This document shows positions 1 to 8,367 of a stretch of DNA of 64,000 nt, piece by piece. Each line of letters begins with the position of its first letter. Position 1 is the first letter of the stretch. This DNA comes from Thermoanaerobaculia bacterium (GTDB taxonomy: Bacteria; Acidobacteriota; Thermoanaerobaculia; Multivoradales; Multivoraceae), in NCBI GenBank assembly GCA_963666565.1, contig OY762911.1:4722145-4786144 (forward strand), in the 5' to 3' direction. The notes beneath the pieces are model-generated. The model did not search any database. It saw nothing but the letters and a program-made list of their open reading frames with translations, and was not told the origin of the DNA. The position numbers were made by a program, and so were the translations under genes.

Positions 1-1209
<1,209 letters not shown>

Positions 1210-1265
1210 GGACGGCCGGGGGGGAAGGTGCAAGGCCAGGCGATGCAATCCGGCACGACAGCGCC

Positions 1266-1318
1266 CTGGGTGCGCGGGTCTTCCGACCCGCACTGGGTGC
1301 GCGGGTCTTCCGACCCGC
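1266..1318 (+). repeat. Tandem pair of REP-like palindromes CTGGGTGCGCGGGTCTTCCGACCCGC
   Basis: Two identical 26-bp units (1266-1291, 1293-1318) with internal GCGGGTC/GACCCGC hairpin, in the gltB-gltD spacer. Confidence 0.9.
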
Positions 1319-1378
1319 TTCCGAGTGAACTCGCGCGAGGCGCCAGCCTCGCTCCTTCCTGTTGAGAGGGCGGCAGGC

Positions 1379-2878
1379 ATGGGCAAGGACACCGGCTTCA
1401 AGGAGTACGCGCGCGCCGCGGTTCCCTACCAGGATCCGCTGATCCGCCTGAGTCACTACGGCGAGTTCCTGGCGCCGGTGCCGGAACAGCACCTCGCCAC
1501 CCAGGGCGCCCGCTGCATGGACTGCGGCGTCCCCTTCTGCCAGTCCGACGAAGGCTGCCCGATCGACAACCTGATCCCGGAGTGGAACGACCTCGTCTAC
1601 CAGGGCCGCTGGAAGGAAGCGCTGCGGCGCCTGGAGAGGACGAACAACTTCCCCGAGTTCACCGGCCGCGTCTGCCCCGCCCCGTGCGAGGGCGCCTGCG
1701 TGCTGGGGATCACCGACCCGGCGGTGACGATCAAGAACATCGAGAACGCGATCGTCGACCGCGGCTTCGAGGAGGGCTGGATCGTTCCCCGCCCGCCCGT
1801 CAGGCGCACCGGCAAGAAGGTCGCGATCGTCGGTTCCGGGCCGGCGGGACTCGCCGCGGCGGCTCAGTTGAACGGCGTCGGCCACTCGGTCGCCGTCTTC
1901 GAACGCGAGGACCGCATCGGCGGCCTGCTGATGTACGGCATCCCGAACATGAAGCTCGACAAGCGCCTGGTCGTCGACCGGCGGATCGACCTGATGCGGG
2001 CCGAGGGCATCGAGTTCGTGACCGGCGCCCACGTCGGCGTGAACGTCGACGCCGCCGATCTGCGGCGCGACCACGACGCGATCCTGCTCGCCTGCGGCGC
2101 GACGAAGCCGCGCGATCTCCCCATCCCGGGCCGCGAGCTCGCGGGCGTCCATTTCGCGATGGACTTCCTGACCGAGCACACCCGTGCCCTTCTCGACGCC
2201 GATCTGCCGAGTGACGGCGCCCACCCTGTCCAGGCGCCGATTCACGCATCCGGAAAGAACGTCATCGTGATCGGCGGCGGCGACACCGGCGCCGACTGCA
2301 TCGCGACCGCAGTGCGCCACGGCTGCGCCTCGCTGGTTAACTTCGAACTGCTGGAGCGGCCGCCGGACGACCGGGCCGCCGATAACCCGTGGCCGGAATG
2401 GCCCCGCATCTTCCGCGTCGAGTACGCGCACGCCGAAGCCGCGGCCCGGTTCGGCGCCGACCCGCGCGTGTTCTCCGTTCTCTCCAAGCGCTTCGTCGAC
2501 GACGGCGCCGGCGGCGTCGCCGGTATCGAGACCGTCCGCGTCGCCTGGAAACGGGACGCCGGCGGCCGCTTCGCGATGGAGGAAGTGCCCGGAACCGAAG
2601 AGACCTTCGAGGCCGAACTCGTGCTCCTGGCAATGGGCTTCCTCGGCCCCGAAGCGACTCTCGGCGAGCGCTTGGGCCTCGCCACGGACGAGCGCAGCAA
2701 CTTCGCGGCAGAACCCGGCCGGTACGCGACCTCGGTCGAGGGGGTCTTCGCCGCCGGCGACTGCCGCCGCGGACAGAGCCTGATCGTGTGGGCGATCGCC
2801 GAGGGCCGCGGCGCCGCGGCCCGGATCGACGAGTACCTGACCGGGGCCACCGAACTGCCGCTGCCGTCGGCGCTCTGA
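1379..2878 (+). CDS. gltD: Glutamate synthase small subunit
   Basis: [28 protein letters not shown] and GGGDTG motifs; follows gltB; ATG at 1379 (MGKDTGF). Confidence 0.97.
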   Translation: MGKDTGFKEYARAAVPYQDPLIRLSHYGEFLAPVPEQHLATQGARCMDCGVPFCQSDEGCPIDNLIPEWNDLVYQGRWKEALRRLERTNNFPEFTGRVCPAPCEGACVLGITDPAVTIKNIENAIVDRGFEEGWIVPRPPVRRTGKKVAIVGSGPAGLAAAAQLNGVGHSVAVFEREDRIGGLLMYGIPNMKLDKRLVVDRRIDLMRAEGIEFVTGAHVGVNVDAADLRRDHDAILLACGATKPRDLPIPGRELAGVHFAMDFLTEHTRALLDADLPSDGAHPVQAPIHASGKNVIVIGGGDTGADCIATAVRHGCASLVNFELLERPPDDRAADNPWPEWPRIFRVEYAHAEAAARFGADPRVFSVLSKRFVDDGAGGVAGIETVRVAWKRDAGGRFAMEEVPGTEETFEAELVLLAMGFLGPEATLGERLGLATDERSNFAAEPGRYATSVEGVFAAGDCRRGQSLIVWAIAEGRGAAARIDEYLTGATELPLPSAL

Positions 2879-3049
2879 CCACCCTCCGTTCTGGTCGAAC
2901 AGATCGAACACCTCGATGCGGCATCCCACCGCGCGAACCCGACAGGTGTGCTCTTGACTCCTCGGAGGAGGACATCAGGGACTACTCCACCGGCGAGCTT
3001 CCAAGGGCGATGTTCAACTGAGATGGGCTGCACCAAGAGGTGCCCTCAC

Positions 3050-3524
3050 TCCATCTCTGCACCCCCGCCTTCGCGGCCGTCGACAAGGCCTTGGCCGCTC
3101 GGCGCCCCAACGCGCCGCTTGAAGCCGCGCCCTACCACACGCCCCATCACGACGGAACCTGATCCCAACTCAGAGTCCAGAAGCCGAGCGACCGCCGAGC
3201 TACTCGCCGCCCACAACCAGTCGATCACCAGCGCATCGAACAACGCACCGAAACGAGAGTCTCCCTCCGACCAGGGTGCGCTGATCGTGAGAACCCCCGT
3301 GCTCCGCGCACCGCACGCGGAGCACGTCCGCGGCCAAGATGGTCCGGTACGCTGCCGGATACGGGGGTCCCGATCTCGGCATCGCAGGTACCTCCTCCTA
3401 CGAGGAGGAAGTGCCTGCGGAACCGGGGCAAGCTCAACTCGTCCCCCTTCGATTCGGAAGGCCCCAGTGGTCTTCCGCCTTTCCCCCGGCATGCGACAAG
3501 GTCAATGAACGTCTTCGGAGAGCC
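3050..3524 (-). pseudogene. Frameshifted, truncated ISL3-family transposase relic
   Basis: Fragments YRTILAADVLRVRCAEHG and VLTISAPWSEGDSRFGALFDALVIDWL..SSAVARLL lie in different frames; ISL3-like terminus GGCTCT begins at 3524 on the minus strand. Confidence 0.75.
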
Positions 3525-4113
3525 AGTACCCGAACGCTTTCTCCAGATTCTCTCTGGCAGAGCTAACCGCTTGGCGCACATACTCGGCTTCAGAATCGGC
3601 ACGAATCCGACTCAGCTCTCGCCGAACCGTAGTCAGGATCCGAGTAGCATTGCGCATATCGGGATGCCGTGCATACGGGCGAAGGGCACGACGATGTTCC
3701 AGAAGTGCGCGGAGACTCCAATCTCGCAGTTCTGGGTGGCTGTACATGGGCTCTGTCGTTCTCGTGTCTGAGACACCATCCAAGATGCGAAAGACGATCG
3801 TCGCTTTGTAGTTCTCTGCAGCCATCCAGTCTGGATCATGCCAAGAGTCGAGTCTACTAAGGGCGTTCTCCACTCGCGTCGGAACCTCGACGTCGATCAG
3901 GCGCACCATGCGATCCTCTTCCTTCGCTTCGGCGAATTCTCCTTGGAAAAACGAAAAGAGAATCGGCAGGGAGACAACGGCTAGAGAAGGCAGTAGAGCC
4001 ACAAAGAAAGGCTCGTTCAGGAAACGCCATAGGCCTCGGCGCTGTCCCTTCATTGGGCCAGGCTCACAAGTGGCCTGTATCTTCGATTCGTCGGCTGACG
4101 CGCTACTCTTCAC
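3502..4113 (-). CDS. Hypothetical protein with N-terminal membrane segment (island cargo)
   Basis: 203-aa ORF in lower-GC DNA; hydrophobic stretch PFFVALLPSLAVVSLPILFSFF; the last codons overlap the ISL3 end. Confidence 0.6.
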   Translation of the reverse strand: MKSSASADESKIQATCEPGPMKGQRRGLWRFLNEPFFVALLPSLAVVSLPILFSFFQGEFAEAKEEDRMVRLIDVEVPTRVENALSRLDSWHDPDWMAAENYKATIVFRILDGVSDTRTTEPMYSHPELRDWSLRALLEHRRALRPYARHPDMRNATRILTTVRRELSRIRADSEAEYVRQAVSSARENLEKAFGYWLSEDVH

Positions 4114-4184
4114 CCAAAGCGTCTCCCTGGTGTCAGCGGTTCCGAGAGAGTAGGGGGCCTCTGGCTGGGGGCGCTCAACCTAGC

Positions 4185-6590
4185 CTAGAAGCTGAACCGA
4201 GCGCCAATCTGTAACTGACGCCAGGACGTGACTCGGCCGGACGGTATGCCGAGGTCTTCGGGAACTACGCCGCCCTCCACGTTTCGCTGGCTGAAGCCGA
4301 CCGCGAAGCTGTGTTCGTCGAATAGGTTAAAGGCCTCGACGAACACGTCCAGGCGCATTTCATCGCCGAACCGGAAGAACCTGCCGACGCGGACATCGAC
4401 CGTCTGGAGCGACTCGTTCCTGAAGGTGTTTCGTCCTACGACGGAACCATCGATGATGGCTCGGTAGTCGGGGCAGTTGAAGATGGGCCACCCGCAGCCG
4501 ATACTGTCGAAGCCTCGGACGGGTGTGTCGCGGTCGTTCACATCAACGGCCGTGTACGGCGTTCCCGACTGGTAGTTCAGGATGCCGGAGATCTGGAAGT
4601 CGGCCGGCAACTGGACCATGCCCGTAACTACGAGCCGGTGCTTCACGTCACGATCCGAGAGGCCCCAGTCGTAGTCCAGGTTGCCGGTGTCGGAGATCGT
4701 GACGCCGGTCGCCGAACGCTCGTTCGAGTCGGTGTCGCGATCCTCGCCCCAGGTGTAGTGGGCGCCGAACTGGTAGCGACCGGTGAAGCGCTTGTTCGCC
4801 TTGAGCGTGACCGCCTGATACTCGGACTCGCCCCGAGACTGGCGAACGAGGACTTCGGCGCACCGGATTTCGTCGAGACCCGGGCACACGTCATTGCGGC
4901 CGGCCCACATCGGGCGGCCGTACGGGTCGTAGCCGCCGAAGACCCGGTTGAAGTCCGTGTTGCGCTGCAGGCTGGTCGCTTCGGCATACACGGCATCGAC
5001 GCCGGCGCTCCAGCCGCCGCCGAGTTCCCGCTCCCAGCCGACGCTGGCGCGCAGCGTTTGGGCGTCGTCGAACTCGGGATCCACGTACGAGATGGCGGGA
5101 ATGATGCCCGGCGGCGGGTTCTCGTTGTCGATCTGCGTCCCGAGCGGCACGTAGCCGTTCTGGCCGGGACGAACCGTGATGCGACCGTAGTTCGGCGGTA
5201 CGCCGTTGGCCTGAACCTGGTTGGCGAACAGCAGGGTGGGCGTGCGGCCGAAGAAGAAGCCGATGCCGCCGCGGAGGACCGACCGGCCCTCGTCCTGGGA
5301 CCTGGCGAAGCCGAAGCGGGGCGCCAGGTTCTCGGTGTCCGGGATCTGGCGGCCGTCCGGGTGCAGGTGATCCAGGCCGTCCGGGTTGTCCGTGGACGTA
5401 TAGCGGAGGCCGTAACTGATTGTCACGTTGTCCCGCTTGAGACTGTCCTGCCCGTAGAAGGCGAGGGCCTCCTGAGTCTCGTCGTAGTTCGGGTACGTCG
5501 AATCGCCGAACCAGATTCGCGCCCGGAAAGCCTCGTTGCTCAAGAAGTCCTCCGGCGAGCCGAAGTCATAGCGGCCGTCGCGGCTGCCGGCGAAGAGCTG
5601 CGCCAGATCGTCCTTCGAGTAGTCGACGCCGAACTTCATGTCATGGGCACCGAACAGGTAGGAGAAGTCGTTCTTGACCTGGAGCTGCTCTTCCTCAACG
5701 AAGATCGGGAGGAAGTCGAACTTGCCAACGCTGTCAAACTCGTCGAAGAAGAAGCGGACCTGCGCCTCGATTGGCGTGCCGACCCGCTTGGACAGGCGAT
5801 CCAGATTGTCCGTCGCGGACTGAATCCGGAACTCGTTGACGCCACGGCTGCCGACGACCGAGGTCATCGATGCGATGATGGACAGCGTGTCCTCCGTCTT
5901 CAGCGACTCCTCGTCCAGGTAGTCGCTCTCCCGCTCGAAGTCCGTCACATTGGCGCGCAGGGTGATGAGGTTCGAGTCGTTGATCTGGTGGTCCAGCTTG
6001 CCGAAGAGGATCTGGTTGCTCACCGAGCGCAGGAACAAGCCGGTGGCGGAACCGTCGGCGTTTCGCTCGAAGCCGTCGACCAGAGCCGCGAATCCGGGCT
6101 CTGTCTCCGCCCTCTTCATGATCAGGTCGTAGGTGCTGTTGACGCCGGTCGAGCGCAGCGAGCGGGAGAACGGGATGTCCTGGTCGCGGAGGTCGACGCC
6201 GAAGTAGTAGTGGGTGCGATCCTGCTTGAACGGACCACCGACCGAGAAGCCGTAGTTCTGGGTGTCGAACTCGTCCACCGGTCGCGAGCCGTCACGGCCC
6301 CGGAAGTCGTCGAGAGGCGACGAAGGAATGTCCTCGGCCATGCTGTCGTCGCGGAACTGGTAGAAGGCCGAGCCCCTCATCTCGTTCGTGCCGGACTTCG
6401 TGACCACGTTGACGAAGGCGCCGCCGTGCCGGCCGTACTCGGCCGAGAAGCCGTTGGTGATGACCTGGAACTGGCGAACCGTGTCCTGGGCGATGATCAG
6501 GCCGTCGTTCTCGGTCGCCTCGCCGCCCCGGCCATAGCCGAAGAAGGTGCTCTTGTTGTCCGCGCCGTCAACGGAAAGGCCGCTGTACAT
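4185..6590 (-). CDS. 5'-truncated TonB-dependent receptor cassette (801 aa, no signal peptide or N-terminal domain), paralog of 8368-11301
   Basis: Colinear with the full-length receptor from MYSGLSVDG to C-terminal RFSF; in-frame TGA two codons upstream of the ATG; no internal stops. Confidence 0.9.
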   Translation of the reverse strand: MYSGLSVDGADNKSTFFGYGRGGEATENDGLIIAQDTVRQFQVITNGFSAEYGRHGGAFVNVVTKSGTNEMRGSAFYQFRDDSMAEDIPSSPLDDFRGRDGSRPVDEFDTQNYGFSVGGPFKQDRTHYYFGVDLRDQDIPFSRSLRSTGVNSTYDLIMKRAETEPGFAALVDGFERNADGSATGLFLRSVSNQILFGKLDHQINDSNLITLRANVTDFERESDYLDEESLKTEDTLSIIASMTSVVGSRGVNEFRIQSATDNLDRLSKRVGTPIEAQVRFFFDEFDSVGKFDFLPIFVEEEQLQVKNDFSYLFGAHDMKFGVDYSKDDLAQLFAGSRDGRYDFGSPEDFLSNEAFRARIWFGDSTYPNYDETQEALAFYGQDSLKRDNVTISYGLRYTSTDNPDGLDHLHPDGRQIPDTENLAPRFGFARSQDEGRSVLRGGIGFFFGRTPTLLFANQVQANGVPPNYGRITVRPGQNGYVPLGTQIDNENPPPGIIPAISYVDPEFDDAQTLRASVGWERELGGGWSAGVDAVYAEATSLQRNTDFNRVFGGYDPYGRPMWAGRNDVCPGLDEIRCAEVLVRQSRGESEYQAVTLKANKRFTGRYQFGAHYTWGEDRDTDSNERSATGVTISDTGNLDYDWGLSDRDVKHRLVVTGMVQLPADFQISGILNYQSGTPYTAVDVNDRDTPVRGFDSIGCGWPIFNCPDYRAIIDGSVVGRNTFRNESLQTVDVRVGRFFRFGDEMRLDVFVEAFNLFDEHSFAVGFSQRNVEGGVVPEDLGIPSGRVTSWRQLQIGARFSF

Positions 6591-6750
6591 GCCTCACTGG
6601 TCGGGCTTCAGTTCCATGAAGGTCCGAAGAGCAGGAGAGAGTCCGGGAACAACCGAGAACTCCTGTAGACACCGTCACTTGTGAAGGTCTCGTTACGTTG
6701 CCCAAGGCCGCGGATGCGGTTGACGGCAAACGGCAAATCGCCGACGGGAT

Positions 6751-6778
6751 TGGGGGAAGTGGGGGACACGGTGAGGGA
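6751..6778 (+). promoter_or_regulatory. Candidate integrase arm-type binding repeats TGGGGGA/TGGGGGA/TGAGGGA
   Basis: Three short direct repeats just upstream of the integrase start; similar G-rich repeats commonly precede P4-like integrases. Confidence 0.4.
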
Positions 6779-6811
6779 GTGCCATACGGCCGTCCTTGCT
6801 ATGTTCGAGCG

Positions 6812-7948
6812 ATGCCCCTTACCCAACGGAGAGTCGACGCCGTCAGACCCACCGGCCGGCCCTTCAAGCTGTACGACCGCGACGGCCTGATGCTCAGGGT
6901 CACCGCCGCCGGCAAGAGCCGATGGGTCTGGAGAGGCGTCGTCAAGGGAAAGCGGATCGAGGTCGGCATGGGCTCGACACGTTTCCGCTCGCTGAAGGAG
7001 GCAAGGGAGGTCGCCTTCGAGAATACGAGAACGGCGAGACTGGGAGGCGATCCCAGAGCGGCCGTGTCCTCTGACGTTCCGACCTTCAGGGAAGCCGCGA
7101 CGCTCTATCTGGAGATCCAGTCCACCGATTGGGGAGAGGCCCACTCCCGCCAAGTCAGACGGATGCTGGAGCGCCATGCGTTCCCGGGCTTCGGGGACCT
7201 TCCGGTAGACGAGATCCAGACCGCCGACGTGATGCGGGTTCTGGTACCGCTGTGGCGGCGTCAGAGGCCGACCGGACAGCGGCTCAGGCAGAGGATCGCC
7301 GGCGTCATGGCGTGGAGCGTAGCGGCGGGCTACCGGGCCGACGATCCGACGAGCACTCTCTCGGCGGTCTTGCCCGCCGGCCGGACGCGGCGGAAGCACC
7401 ATCGCTACCTGCCCGCCGTCAAGCTGCGCGAAGCACTGGTCAAGGTGCAGGACTCCGGAGCATGGATCGGAACGCGGTTGGCCATGCGCTTCCTGGCGCT
7501 GACGGCGGCGCGCTCCGGCGAGGTGCGTGGAGCGAGGTGGCGGGAGATCGATCTGGAGTCGGTCACGTGGACCGTTCCCGCCTCGCGGATGAAGGCGCGC
7601 CGTGAGCACCGGGTCCCCCTCTCCAGCGCGGCCCTTGCGGTCCTTGAGCGGGCCGGCGGACTTCGGGGTCGGGGCAGAGGGCTCGTCTTTCCCGGCGTCC
7701 AGGGGAAGATGGTCGGTGTGTCGGTGTTCGGTCGGCTGCTGAGAGACCTCGATATCGATTGCAGCCCGCACGGGTTCCGCAGTGCGTTTCGGTCGTGCTG
7801 CTCCGACGAGGGGATCGACCGGGAGTTGGCGGAACAGGCCCTGGCACACGCGGTCGGGAGCCAGGTCGAGCAGTGCTATGCGCGAAGCGACGTGCTGGAG
7901 CGCCGCCGAGACGTCATGGAGGCTTGGGGTGCGTTCCTGGTCCAGTAG
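6812..7948 (+). CDS. P4-like tyrosine integrase with N-terminal arm-binding domain
   Basis: N-terminus LTQRRVDAVRP..KLYDRDGLMLRV..G..RWVWR; catalytic R (ARSGEVRG), K (MKARREH), HxxR (HGFRS), H (LAH) and Y (QCYARSD). Confidence 0.93.
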   Translation: MPLTQRRVDAVRPTGRPFKLYDRDGLMLRVTAAGKSRWVWRGVVKGKRIEVGMGSTRFRSLKEAREVAFENTRTARLGGDPRAAVSSDVPTFREAATLYLEIQSTDWGEAHSRQVRRMLERHAFPGFGDLPVDEIQTADVMRVLVPLWRRQRPTGQRLRQRIAGVMAWSVAAGYRADDPTSTLSAVLPAGRTRRKHHRYLPAVKLREALVKVQDSGAWIGTRLAMRFLALTAARSGEVRGARWREIDLESVTWTVPASRMKARREHRVPLSSAALAVLERAGGLRGRGRGLVFPGVQGKMVGVSVFGRLLRDLDIDCSPHGFRSAFRSCCSDEGIDRELAEQALAHAVGSQVEQCYARSDVLERRRDVMEAWGAFLVQ

Positions 7949-8190
7949 CGGACGGACCGGACATGCAGGGCCGTGGTCCAGGCTCGCGCCGCAGCTTCGC
8001 CGCGGCGCGGGGGGCTTTCCCAGGGGCAATCCAGTCCCCTGGGCGGAGCCACGGAGCTGGCCCTGCCGTTGGCTCATAGACAGCCGGATCGAGCGCCTCC
8101 GCGAAGGCTTCAACGCCCCGGCGGAGACTCTCCGCGTGAAGTCCGCGAACCGTGCCGTCGATTCAATATCTTGAAGCGAGCCGCCCTCCG

Positions 8191-8220
8191 TTGACGGGGG
8201 GCGAAGCGATTCTCTATAGT
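8191..8220 (+). promoter_or_regulatory. Sigma70-like promoter of the TonB receptor (TTGACG-N18-TATAGT)
   Basis: Near-consensus -35 and -10; TTCAA-N4-TTGAA palindrome at 8162-8175 just upstream. Confidence 0.6.
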
Positions 8221-8367
8221 CGTACCCGGTCTGTGGCCTTGCGCGCGAGCGCCCCACCACCGCCACCCACTCGGACAATCGAGAGACCTTCCACGCGTGA
8301 AGCGCACGCCGGTGAATTCGTGCCGAATTCGACGGCGCCTACTCAGACACAGAGGAGAAACCCCACC

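Larger units (their letters stand above)
2836..8073. mobile_element. Putative integrative island inserted at the gltD 3' end
   Basis: Imperfect direct repeats 2836-2871 and 8038-8073 (28/36 identical by hand alignment); contains a tyrosine integrase, an IS relic and visibly lower-GC cargo. Confidence 0.65.

Noticed and set aside
1266-1318. CRISPR array (also 26238-26290 and 24491-24620)
   Set aside because: Only two units each, no series of unique spacers, no cas genes, and the same unit is dispersed across the window
4185-6590. Assembly artefact duplicating the receptor
   Set aside because: The copies differ by many synonymous changes and loop indels, so they are distinct sequences
6594-8160. 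tRNA or tmRNA attachment site next to the integrase
   Set aside because: No cloverleaf or T-loop/CCA signature seen; the gltD 3' duplication explains the boundary better
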